Virus record (IMG/VR): IMGVR_UViG_3300028534_000002
Source of the DNA: a virus
Direction: 5' to 3' (one strand)
Length of the DNA stretch: 64,000 nucleotides
The position numbers and the translations under genes were made by a program. Under the pieces are notes generated by a model. The model was not told the origin of the DNA and did not search any database. It saw only the letters and a program-made list of their open reading frames with translations. Below are positions 1 to 11,500 of this stretch, piece after piece; within the stretch, counting starts at the first letter, position 1; every line of letters begins with the position of its first letter.

Positions 1-212
1 TATCAGAGAACATTCTAAAGACATATAGTCTTTACAACATAAGAGACACAATGCAGAAGGTTGGATTAGAACCAATTGGTGTTGAAGTTGATAATCCTGT
101 TCCATGGGCAAAAAAATATATGTACAGTGGAAATGTCCAGACTGCATTAAATGAAACAGATGGAGTTAACTATCTATTTGGGATCCTTGACAAAAACATT
201 GATGAATGGTAA
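1..212 (+). CDS. 3' end of an unidentified CDS entering from the left edge (partial)
   Basis: Frame 3 is open from nt 3 to TAA at 210-212 (...NPVPWAKKYMYSGNVQTALNETDGVNYLFGILDKNIDEW*). It is followed by the hairpin at 273-299 and is convergent with the minus-strand 1735-aa gene. No start codon or recognisable motif. Confidence 0.4.
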   Translation, partial: SENILKTYSLYNIRDTMQKVGLEPIGVEVDNPVPWAKKYMYSGNVQTALNETDGVNYLFGILDKNIDEW

Positions 213-272
213 AGAAAGTAGGTTGTGCACACTATAGTATGTGATGATAACCTATTTGAACCAGTATGTGTT

Positions 273-299
273 TTGCGGTCTAAAAAGTTGAGACCGCAA
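273..299. terminator. hairpin between convergent genes (candidate bidirectional terminator)
   Basis: TTGCGGTC-n11-GACCGCAA, 8-bp perfect stem, between the + strand stop (212) and the minus-strand stop (349). Nested inside GAACCAGT (258-265) ... ACTGGTTC (333-340). Confidence 0.6.
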
Positions 300-348
300 A
301 TAAGAGTTTGTATTTTACATACTTCCCACCTCACTGGTTCATGATTGT

Positions 349-3300
349 CTAATGATACACTTTAAACCATGCGTCTGTATCAAAGATTCCTAATGGTGTT
401 GTAATGTTTGGTGTTACCAGGTTAGATATAACTTCTATTGGGTCATCGCTCTGCCACCTATTGATAATGTTATCAGCTGGTCCATGATCAACAAGCGTAT
501 CCATTGGATCAGCTATATTTATACCAGTAACATGTTGTGCTGTTTGCTGTGCTGCAACAGCAGATGGATTACGTTTTATTACTTTCCAGTATGCCTTATG
601 GTGCTGGAATAAATACTTTAAGAACTGGATACCAAACACTCTTTCAACCCACATTTGTAATCCTGATACGTTGTATCCGTAGTTAATAAACTGCTCATCG
701 ACAAAATCTAATATATCTTGTTGTTCACGTTTGGTTAATTTTCTTTTATTTGTTAGCTCTTTCTTTTTTATCATGTGTTCAAGAAGCATTTGTCTTGCCA
801 ATGTGTCTGCGAACATTGTTATTTGTGTAGCTGTTCTGTGGGCTTGTGTGCCATTTGAGCCATATAGCAATGCCCTGGTTCTTGCAAGCTCAGCAGGAAT
901 TCTAAACTTCCACTTATTGTTTTTTAATTCTTTCTCTACTTCTGATATATATTTATTAACATCACCACCTCTTTCAGCTTTTCTTCTATAAGCTTCAACA
1001 ACTACCTGTGTATAATACTCTCTATCATTCTTTCCTTTCTCTGTCAAATCATTAATTAGATGGCCTATATACCCCTCTGGTTCATCAGATATATCGTCTA
1101 TCATCGCTGTAAACTGACCATCTTTAACAAGTTTAGCGAATGGATGCAAATCAATTCTTTTGTTTAGAATCTTAAGTTTGTCATCTACATCTTCTCCAAA
1201 GTTCTTTCTTAACGCAAGCGATATTCTTTGTCTACTTAAGTCTTGATACTCTTCTAGTTGATACCATTTGTTCCTAAACTCTTTTATATATCTGTATGGA
1301 TTTACACCATGCGACCACATTAGCATCATGTTTGAAATAAAGTTACCAACACCAATATCAGGATTAAATAAAATCGCAACTGTTTTGTTTTTATTAAGAA
1401 TTTCACCCCAAATCTTTTCTGCTGTCTTTATCGCTTTTCTTATTTTGTAACTTTTTATCAGAAGATCTTTATTGTTAGAAAATGGATTGATGTCTGACAT
1501 TGATATGTTTGCTAGAGAAGCTGATCGAGAACCAATCATTAGCTCAAGTATTTCGTCTGGCAAATGCAATACTCCATTATGCATGTCGTTTATATACTTC
1601 TTTACAGATGGAGACAGTTTATCCCATAGGTCTTTATTCTTATTCTTGCTTATTACAATAAAGTCTTTTTTGCTATATTTGTCATCATATTTTGTATCGC
1701 TATAGAACTGTTCTATGACATCAACAGCTTTTCTATTATGTATCGATGTTTGTCTTGCATTAACAAGCCTCTCTATTGTGTATGGAAGTGATGACATTAT
1801 ATCTATTGGAGCACCTATTGATTTTATATCATCATCTGATAACGGGAGTATCCAGTCAATAAGTCTTCCATTTTTGTCGTGTTTTGGCATAAGAACTAGA
1901 CCATCGTCTGACTTAAAAATATCATCTTTTTTTTGCGAAAGCATTTGCTTTAGCATCTTGTCTGTAAATTGAGCTACAGTAAGGTCTTTCATGCTATCAG
2001 GTGTAGATATCTTTTTTGCGTTATACAGAGCTGCTATTATTGACTTGATACCGTTCCCTTTTACTCCAATCGAAATTGAACCAAGCACGCCATCTTCATA
2101 TGGTACTGCGTCTTCTCCATGCTTTACCCTATAGAATTTCTCTCCACCTATTTCAAAACTATCAATTAACTCAATTTTACCAACAGTACTTTTGAATGTC
2201 TTAATATCATTATCGTGAACCAATGAGATCTGATATTTTGCTGTTCCTGTCTTGTTGTCTATAAACCCAAATGGAAGCGAGTTGAATCTTGAATTATCTA
2301 TAAATTCAGAATTTTTATATGCTTCAATTCTTGACTTGTATAGCTTCGTTACATGCTTCATCTCTTCGTTTAACTTTGGATTTTCATGCATAACTTCTAT
2401 AGCAATAAGCTCATCATCAGTCATTGACTCTAACGCTTTCATTGTTACATACTTATTTGCTAGCTCTATATCCTTATTTGTTGCTGTAACCTTGCTTTCA
2501 CCAATGCTTCTTCTTAATGGATCAAAATATCTAAGCAATACGTTTTGTGGATTGATTTGTTGGTTCTCTATGTGAACCTTTCCGTCAAGTGTCCATTTCG
2601 CAATTGCATCAAGATGCTCTTTTACTGAGTCTGTCATATTGTAACTTTTAGACAATTCATCAAGTGCTTCATTTGCCTTTCTTTTTGCCTGTGAGCGCAG
2701 TGACATTGACGAATAGTCAAACTCATCAATGTACTCATACATTCCAGACTTTAAAACTCTATTTACATAAACATACGAATTGTATGTATTGTCAGGGTTT
2801 GCAAGTTCAGTGTTTGACACAATGTTGGTTATCTCTGCAGATATATTTGTCATCATTGCTTCTATTGCTTGCTTCTGTCTTTTTAGTTGCAGAAGTGCTT
2901 GATACTTGTTCGTTGTGAAGTTTTGGAACATTAGGTTTTTCAATACTCTTGATGTCAATATCTTCTTCATAAATGATATCCTTTGTATACCATCAATCGC
3001 ATTTGCAACAACCTTGTTTGATTTTGGATCAAGCTTTGAAATTATTTTGTCTTTTTGTTCAAGTATTTTTCTAACTCCGTCCTCTATTGGGCCAGTAACA
3101 GCTCCCATTGCATCTATCACAGTTGCAGCAGTTTCAAGTGATTGACCAATAAATAATGGAGCATTGCTATACCCTCTTAATGTATCTGAAAAAGTTTCAT
3201 TTGCTAATAGGAATTGTTGTTTTAATTGAAACGCATGAACATCTTGCAATGTCTGCTTCATTATTTCATCACCAGTCTTTCCTATGTTTTGTTTTGGTGA

Positions 3301-5556
3301 AAATATTTTTCTTAATATCTCTGATAAGTATGCTGTCAGAACATCTATTGACCTATTTATTATTCCAAAAATTTTATTTCCACTACCCTTTAGTTTTCTT
3401 ACTTCTGCAAGTCTCGATAGTGCCTCATCAACTTTTGAAGGCACATCTTGTATCTGTATATCTTTTATAGCATCAAATAAGTAGCTATTTGACATTGCAT
3501 ATGCCATGAACTCCTCTATGTCTGCTCCATCTGATAGTATGTAATCAAATTTTCTTTGTATCAATTTCTCGTCTTCAGGAGTTAGTGATGTTGCACCCTC
3601 TTGAACCATTTGAATAGTAAAGACATCTGGACCAAGTTGCTTCTTAACTTCTCTTCTAAGATCCTCGAATGCTTTTCTCATTTTCAAATCTGAATCAAAT
3701 GCTCTTTTAAATAGACTGTGTAAAAGCTCGTGAAGCATTACCTCAGATGCAGAACTTGTTTTATCTGCAGGGTTGAACAGTACCTTGATAGCATCCCTAT
3801 CCTCCTGGTTCTCAAAGTCGAAGTCAGGTGTCCACATACCTTTTGTATTTGTACTATCTGTTACTCCAAGCGAGAAATCTATTTTTGTACCGTTATTCTT
3901 CATTACATCTTGAATTATTTTTAGTACTCTATCCATGTGATCATAATAGTCTTGAGTAATGTTAAGTACCTTTCCTGAAGCCATATCTACTTCTTGTACC
4001 ACCCTACTAAACACATCTCCAAGATTATTTTCTGTCAACAAGTCATTCATAAGTGCCGTCTCTGGAGTTAATTCAACAATGTCATCTGATGATCCCTTAT
4101 TGTAATCTTTATCAAAATTTGGTTCATGACTCTTATCAAATACTACAGCAAGTGACTCTGACAGTAGTGTTCTCTTATCATTATTTTTAACATTTTTTAG
4201 AAAGTGATTTAATATATCTTTTATGTGATCTAGGATTGTTTTTTTACCGTAGACTATCTTGTCTAACTCATCTCTAAGATCTTGTTTTTCGAGTAGTGTT
4301 GCAGTAAACTCATGCTCATTTGTAAACGCATATGTATCTTTCCATTGTGGGTTATGTTTAAGCGCTTCATTCATCAGCTTTTTGATTCTTTTTCTGTAAG
4401 AAGGATTTGAGTTTATCTCTTTTTCTGTAACCAAATGTCCAATTTCATGAATAATAACAGCATACGGATCAATGCTATTGTCTTTAATATTTGCAATATC
4501 GATTCCAATTGAATTTCTTCCTGCATATTGAATACCAGCTTTTCCAAGATTTTCTTGTAGCTTTATTTCAATGTCACCATTTATAGAGCTTAAAAGCAAG
4601 TCTATACTGCGTTTCTCGTCTTCGGTAATGTTTCTGTCAATGTCAGACAACAAGTCCTCTATATCGCTTACTTTTGAAGTTTTAATGCTTGGCTTCATAT
4701 TGTTGAATACAATTTTTCCGTTATCAAGCTTTTTTAGTATCTTGTATTTCTTTTGTTTCTTTCTTCCTTTAAAGAGTCCTATACCATCCTTTTCTCCGTA
4801 TTTATAGTTCTTTGATAGCTCTTCTTTTAATTTTCCTTCTCCTTGACTGTTGTACTCTCTGCTTGAATTTTTGTTGTCATCCAATAGAATAGTTGCTCCA
4901 GCATCTAGCGCTTTTTTTGCTTCTTCAAGAGTTTTATTAAAGTTTTCTTCAGTTATTTTCCCTTTTCCATTTATAGACAAAAACACAATATCATCTGAAG
5001 TATATTTTCCAGAATTTACTCTATCGGCGTGATCTTTTGATAGGACTGATGCATACTTTGCTGTACTTGAACCAGGTGCACCAAACCCTATAAATTTAGT
5101 TGCCTTAGACAGCTTTTTAGGAGCTTTTGTGCTGTCGGCCTTATTTGGACTTAGATTAACTTTTCTAAACGATTCTAGGTCGCCTTGTGTTCCATCTTCA
5201 AGAAATCTAGACTTTCCGTCATCTTCAACATTTGTGAACCAGTCTTTTACCTTGTTGTATGTATCCTCCTGGTTCTTTGTTAGTTTCTGTCCACTATTAA
5301 GCTTTTCTACTGCAGTAAAGAATGCATTTTTTTTTGCACCAAGTTGTCCGCCAGTAAGATCAGGAAACACCTTGTCAAATCCAAGTTCTTTTGCTGTTTT
5401 GCTTCTGCTAAATCTCTCTGGATGAAACTCAGGTCTGAGTCCTTTTCCTAGATCCTCTTTTATAGCTAATATATCTTTTTGAGAAAGTGACTCTTTCTCT
5501 GCATTATCAAGTTCTCTCATTAATGCGTCAAATCGCATTTCACCTGTACAAGCCAT
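349..5556 (-). CDS. giant 1735-aa multidomain protein with two HExxH zincin motifs (putative packaged/ejected polyvalent-type protein)
   Basis: Uninterrupted 1735-codon ORF with AGGAG 6 nt upstream of the ATG. HEIGH at aa 370-374 (nt 4435-4449) and HELLH at aa 609-613 (nt 3718-3732). Last gene of the late operon, directly downstream of the vRNAP-like gene. Confidence 0.6.
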   Translation of the reverse strand: MACTGEMRFDALMRELDNAEKESLSQKDILAIKEDLGKGLRPEFHPERFSRSKTAKELGFDKVFPDLTGGQLGAKKNAFFTAVEKLNSGQKLTKNQEDTYNKVKDWFTNVEDDGKSRFLEDGTQGDLESFRKVNLSPNKADSTKAPKKLSKATKFIGFGAPGSSTAKYASVLSKDHADRVNSGKYTSDDIVFLSINGKGKITEENFNKTLEEAKKALDAGATILLDDNKNSSREYNSQGEGKLKEELSKNYKYGEKDGIGLFKGRKKQKKYKILKKLDNGKIVFNNMKPSIKTSKVSDIEDLLSDIDRNITEDEKRSIDLLLSSINGDIEIKLQENLGKAGIQYAGRNSIGIDIANIKDNSIDPYAVIIHEIGHLVTEKEINSNPSYRKRIKKLMNEALKHNPQWKDTYAFTNEHEFTATLLEKQDLRDELDKIVYGKKTILDHIKDILNHFLKNVKNNDKRTLLSESLAVVFDKSHEPNFDKDYNKGSSDDIVELTPETALMNDLLTENNLGDVFSRVVQEVDMASGKVLNITQDYYDHMDRVLKIIQDVMKNNGTKIDFSLGVTDSTNTKGMWTPDFDFENQEDRDAIKVLFNPADKTSSASEVMLHELLHSLFKRAFDSDLKMRKAFEDLRREVKKQLGPDVFTIQMVQEGATSLTPEDEKLIQRKFDYILSDGADIEEFMAYAMSNSYLFDAIKDIQIQDVPSKVDEALSRLAEVRKLKGSGNKIFGIINRSIDVLTAYLSEILRKIFSPKQNIGKTGDEIMKQTLQDVHAFQLKQQFLLANETFSDTLRGYSNAPLFIGQSLETAATVIDAMGAVTGPIEDGVRKILEQKDKIISKLDPKSNKVVANAIDGIQRISFMKKILTSRVLKNLMFQNFTTNKYQALLQLKRQKQAIEAMMTNISAEITNIVSNTELANPDNTYNSYVYVNRVLKSGMYEYIDEFDYSSMSLRSQAKRKANEALDELSKSYNMTDSVKEHLDAIAKWTLDGKVHIENQQINPQNVLLRYFDPLRRSIGESKVTATNKDIELANKYVTMKALESMTDDELIAIEVMHENPKLNEEMKHVTKLYKSRIEAYKNSEFIDNSRFNSLPFGFIDNKTGTAKYQISLVHDNDIKTFKSTVGKIELIDSFEIGGEKFYRVKHGEDAVPYEDGVLGSISIGVKGNGIKSIIAALYNAKKISTPDSMKDLTVAQFTDKMLKQMLSQKKDDIFKSDDGLVLMPKHDKNGRLIDWILPLSDDDIKSIGAPIDIMSSLPYTIERLVNARQTSIHNRKAVDVIEQFYSDTKYDDKYSKKDFIVISKNKNKDLWDKLSPSVKKYINDMHNGVLHLPDEILELMIGSRSASLANISMSDINPFSNNKDLLIKSYKIRKAIKTAEKIWGEILNKNKTVAILFNPDIGVGNFISNMMLMWSHGVNPYRYIKEFRNKWYQLEEYQDLSRQRISLALRKNFGEDVDDKLKILNKRIDLHPFAKLVKDGQFTAMIDDISDEPEGYIGHLINDLTEKGKNDREYYTQVVVEAYRRKAERGGDVNKYISEVEKELKNNKWKFRIPAELARTRALLYGSNGTQAHRTATQITMFADTLARQMLLEHMIKKKELTNKRKLTKREQQDILDFVDEQFINYGYNVSGLQMWVERVFGIQFLKYLFQHHKAYWKVIKRNPSAVAAQQTAQHVTGINIADPMDTLVDHGPADNIINRWQSDDPIEVISNLVTPNITTPLGIFDTDAWFKVYH

Positions 5557-5596
5557 TGTTTGCTCCTATATACTATGTCTAAGTGTCTACAGTATA

Positions 5597-8500
5597 CTAT
5601 AGACACCCTTTTGTTTTGTCTTCAAAATAAGCTTTGAATTTTTTCTTAACTCTGTCAATTGGAGGAATGTTCTGTTTTTTGTCATCAATTTTCTTGTTTG
5701 CATTTTTTCCAATAAACATATCATATACTCCGTATAAATTTAATCTCTCCTGCTTTAGAAGAGACTCAATGTAAGATACTGCTTTTTTAACGCTATCTGT
5801 CTTATTGTGAACCAGTTGTTGTTCAATGTCATTAATATCATATTTTAGTTCAAGTTTTTCAAAATCTATCGTTCTTGTAATAGCATTTATATCATTTACT
5901 GTTAACCCGTTTTTTGCAGCATCCAATTGAATAAACTCTCTCAACTTGGTTCCATAGAGTTTAATTATTCCACTGTACATTGCTTTAAAATCATCTGACC
6001 AATCTTCAATTTCTCTTGGTCGCTTTTTAGTATGAGCTATATTTACTTCAACAATTCCTGTTCCAGCAACAAACATCTGGTTACTAAAGATTTTATTTAC
6101 ATTTTTATTGAAGTATCTTATTCCTTCGTTGACAACATTTTTTCCATGTGTTATCGCAAATGGAATGCTTAATAAGTTGTGTCCAAGGAATCCCCAGTCT
6201 CCATCTGGCTCAATTGATGCCTCATGCTTTTCAACTGCTATTGTTTTTGTTAGCATTGTATACATTGGTTCTTTTGTTTTATTTTTTGTGTCAATGTATG
6301 TCTTTGTATCCTTTGTTACCTTTCTGTTTATAGCCGATATGGCATCGTCAACACTTAGATCAGCAACACTGTCAATATTAAGTGGTACAACTACAGGCTT
6401 AGTTGCTTTCATAAACATACCATTTGGAGCAACAGCGAACACTTCTGCTTTTGCTACAACCTGCCCAGAATCATCTTTAAACACATCTATTCTTGCTACA
6501 TTTACACCATTGCTGTCATTTATTGATATTGATGCATTTTCTCCATCATTTGACATTATGTATTTAGTTTTTCCTTGGTATCTTTTATTTAGCACCCTTT
6601 TTGGAGCTTTCCCTTTTTCCTTGAAATCAAGAACATATACTGGTGCCCTATTCGTCTTACCTTCAGTAACTGACACATTCTTCTTTACAACTTTTATATC
6701 GTTAGTAAGATTAAAGAAGGCATCTAGTTCATCTTCTGTCATAGACGATACCATCTTGTCTGCTTTTTCCTTATACAATTTAAAGTCCTGTCTCTCAAGC
6801 GACTTCGTAACCCACTCAGTGTTATATATATCTGTTGCATTAGTTATTTTAGATTGAACTGCTCCAACAATTATTGCATCATATATGTTTGTAAAGTCAT
6901 TGTTTTTTAATGATTCTTGCATTACTGACCCATCAAGAGAGTGAATGCTGATTGTTACTGCTGCTCCAGAATTGCTCTTGAAGGTTAGTCCATCAGGAGT
7001 TACAGATGCAAAGTATTCATTTCCGTTTACAACAACTCTTTCAAAATCTCTTGTATTTGATTTTATTGAGTTGTCTGTTTTATACAGTGGTTGTCTTGTT
7101 TCTCCATTATCTAAAGAGTGTCCAAAACCTGATTCATGCAATTTTATTACTTCTTCAAAATACTTTTTCTTTGAAATTGATCCATTCTTTTTTCTTATGG
7201 CATCAAGCTTAACTTTAAGCTTCGCATTGAATACACTAGATACAAGAAGGTCTGTCGCTTTAAATGCATTCCTCATGTCAGATATCTCTCCAAAAGCCTT
7301 GTTTAGTGCATGCTTATAGAAGCTACCTATTGTATTTCTTCCATATGCACTATGAACCATTGCGTGAACATCATCTGATATTTCAATGAATTTATATTGC
7401 TCATTTTTCTCAATCATTCTGCTAAGCTCAACGTCTGTTGGTTCTCTAAAAATATCTCTATCTTTGTCATATATTGAGTAGTTTTTTGTGTTAGAAACAT
7501 ACTCATTTGCAAGCTTTGCTCCGTCTCTCTTGAATGACTCAATATCATCTTTAGATGGATCTTTCTTGTTGCTGTTTCTGTATGAAACAATTAGATTTTC
7601 TACGTGAGAATCAGAAATTGCTTTCTTCAAAATGTCAATAGACTTCGACTCTTTCATTTTGTCACGTATTGCTTTTATAAATGAATTCCATGTTAACGCT
7701 CTCTGTATTGATGATATCATAGCACCATATCCAAACGTCATTGTTGGATCCTTTGACAGAAATCTTAACTCACTAAGTGTTCCTTCTTCAAATACCATTC
7801 CATATAGTCTCTTTGCAAAAGCTGACAATTTATCGAAATTTGTTTTCCCGTCTTTATCTCTTCTTGACTCAAAGGCTTTTTTTGCTTCAAGAGAATACTG
7901 TCCAACTGTTGTATATAGATCAAGGAAAGCATCATATTTATCTCCATCAATCTCTATTCTCTTTACAATTATTTCGCCATCTTTAAGTGTTTCTGTTTCA
8001 CCATTTACAATATCCATATGGTACTTACCAGCCTCAACGAGTGATCCATGTGACAACTCTATTAGATCTTCGTGTATACCATGCTTTTTTGATAGAAGGA
8101 ATTTTGCATACCTTTCAAGTCTCTGTTTTGATTTGTCAGTATAGATACCAGCCTTCTCTAGCATTTTCAGCTGATGATCCCCAAGAACCTTCATATTTAA
8201 TAGTGCAGGACCAGATGTAATACCGTCAGCCTCTCCGTACAGTACTGTTTCAAAACTTGCAGTATCACTGGTTCGATTAAGTTTTCTAAGCTCTTTTGCT
8301 GCCATTACAGAATGCGCACCTTCAAACTTATGGAAGATTGTAGCAAGATTATCACTATCTTCACCAATACCTTTTACATAGTCGCTTAATGCCTTCCACT
8401 CACTCTCGCCGTCTTTATACGTTATTGAAACATTGCCACCATAAACATCTATTCTGCTTCTAATGCTTTTAAATACGTTGTATTTACTGTTCTTGTCAGG

Positions 8501-11500
8501 ATCCATTCCGAATGACTGCGCAAGGAATACCTCAAACATTTCAGTATTAGATAACTCTTCTGTTATCGCTATTTCATCAACTAATCTTTTGGAACCAGGT
8601 CGTGTGTCTAGTTTCGACTTGTAGTCTTTTGAAATTACGAATGTTCTGTGAATCTTTGACTCTTGAACATTTAGGTCAGATTTAATTGTCATACGCTCTG
8701 ATTTTGTTACTCCCCATGGTATGTAAAATGAGCTTACAGTACCATCCTGGTTCTTCATAGATTCATAGTGTTTGACAAGAGCATCTGCTTCACGCTCATA
8801 CTTCTCATTGTGAGCCTTCTGAAGCTTCATTTCATCAATTGTCATGTCATTTGTAAGCTCAACGTATCCAAACTGTTTAAGCGCTTGTTTTTTGTCTTTT
8901 TTATACTCCTTAACAAAGTCTTCTGTTGTATCTGCAAAGAACATCTCTGTTTCGTTATTTTTCTCTATGTCTTTCTTGTGCTTGTCGTCAAGCTTTATAA
9001 ACGAATTTATTAGAGTATCGTTTTCTTTTACTTTATATGGCATCCTCTTTGGTGGTAATCTTTTTGATCCTTCGTTAATGTATTGTATATTTGAATAGTC
9101 TTCTTTATATTCCTTCCATAGCATCATTTTTTCTGTGTCAATCTGAACCATGTGCATATTCTTGCCTGTCACATTTTCTTGAATGATCTCTCCTGCATCA
9201 TTCTCAATAACTAATCCGTTTAAATTTGCACCAATACTTGCTTCTATTCCAGCCTCAACAAGTCTTGACGTTTCTATGTCAATGTTGCTATTAAACTTTA
9301 TTCCAAGTCTTGACATCACAACAGATTTAACCTCTGACTCAAGTGTTCGCATTGGAACAAACCCTTTGAATGCCATTGTCTTTAGTTTCATTGCAGAGAC
9401 ATTATCTATTCCGAAATCTTTTGATATATCATCTGTATCCATTGATGCTATATTGTTTTTTACTGATGAATAACTCATTAGAGCCATTACGGTACCAAAC
9501 TTCAATGCATCCTTAAGCTGCTCAGATTCAACTCCTATTGCACTTAATGATGACACAAAGTCTTTTCCATCAGTATGGAAAATTTTACCATTATTGTCAA
9601 CCTCTGTTCTTGTTGATTCTATGATTTTTATATCATCAATTCTATGCATATATTTAGATACGTTTACTACTGATTTTACAACACTTTCATCAATCTTGTT
9701 TAGTTCAGCCCATGCCAACAGCTGTTCTTTTGTAGCGTTAAACAAATTTCCAAGTCTTGATAGAACTGTCTTTTTTTCTTTCATATACGCTTTTATATTG
9801 TCGTTCTTAACCTCTTCTACAAATTGTGAACCAGCTGTTTTTATGTCTTTTATAACATCATTTGGCTTGCTTATTTTTGCATTTAGAGATGATTCTATTC
9901 TTAGCTTATTTGATGATTCTACTGTTGCTATATCAAGGAAAACCTTTACTGCAACATCGTTGTTATTGCCAAGCTCTTTCATCGCCTTATTGACATACTC
10001 TTTTGTTTTTGCTTCAATATCTCTTCGCTTCTCTTCGAGCTCGAGAATCTTTTTGCGTTGCTTACTTCCATCTCTATCATCATTTAGTTTTGATGATATC
10101 TGTCTTAGTCTTGTTATGAACCTACTTTCTGTATCTCCAAACCTATCCTCTATTTCATTTATATACTTTATATGCTTTGCTATATTCTCATTGTGTTGCT
10201 TCACTCTTTTCTCTATTTTGTTAGCTTGTTTATCAAACTCTTTTTTGCCAATTGTTCCGTTTTTTAGTTTGCCAGCAAGAACAGTAAGGTTCATTTGAAG
10301 ATCACTTATTCTTTTTTGCTCAGACATTATTGTATTCTTGTTTTTTTCTACTGAATTATTTTTCTTTTCAAGTGATTCTTTGTATCTGTTATAAATTTTG
10401 TCATATGCATCTTCTAGCTTTTCTCTTGAAGTCTTTGCGTATTCTGTTGCTTTATCTATCTTGTCAAGCTTTTTTAGCTGACTCTCTATATCGGATCTTA
10501 TCTTCTTGACTTGGTTCTGATATATCGATGCAAGTTTCATTAGTTTGTTTTTCGCAGAGCTTCTTAGAGACGATGAATCGTTTCCTTTTCTAGACTGCTT
10601 TACATCCTCTTTGAGCTTTTTCCTTAATGACTCTTCGCTCTCTTTATTAAGTTTATTCTCTAATTCTTTTTTCTTTTCCTTTGTAGACTCTATTGCATTG
10701 TCTATCTCATCTATAACTCTTTTTTTTGAACGAATGTCAACTTTGCCTTTGCTCTCATATGCGTCTATGATATCATAAACCTTTTTTAATGAATCTCTTT
10801 TTTTCATTAATTTTGAAATAGTATTTTTTATTTTCTTTAATGATTTTTTTAGTGCGTCTATTGCATCAAGCACTGCTTGCTTTGAATTAGCAAGAATAGA
10901 ACTATTGCCTCTGTGAGATTTCTCTTTTTTTAGATCAATATTTTTTAACTTGTTTTTCTCTAGTCCTTTTTCCTGTCTTTCTTTTGCTCGCTCGTACTTC
11001 TTTATCTTTTCGTCAACTTTTCTTAGTTGCTTCTCTATTGATTTCTTGACATTTTTCAGTACAACCCTGTCAGCATCACTTAGGTTTTTATCGTCCTTAG
11101 TCATGTCATTTAATCGTTGCTTTAGATATTCAAATTCTCTTATTTCAGCATCAATTGACCTTGTATCGTATTCACCTACAGAATAGCCACTTGGCTCACT
11201 ATCACCTTCATTTGCGTTATTTTCTTTACTGTTATTTTTTGACTCACTAGTTACTACTTGTTCGACTTGCTTCTGAATGTTTTTGTAATTTTCTGCATTG
11301 CTATTATTTTCTACTATATTTGCACTATTGTTTTCTGTTTCTTTTGTTGTACCATTACTATCACCTGGTTCGCTGTTTTTTTGTTCTATCTCAGAAACTC
11401 TTTTTGCAACAAGATCCCTTAACTTCTTGTACAGTTTATATGATAGTGCATTATTGTTTATTATGTTTGCAAATCCAAGTTTTACTTCATCAACTGTTTT

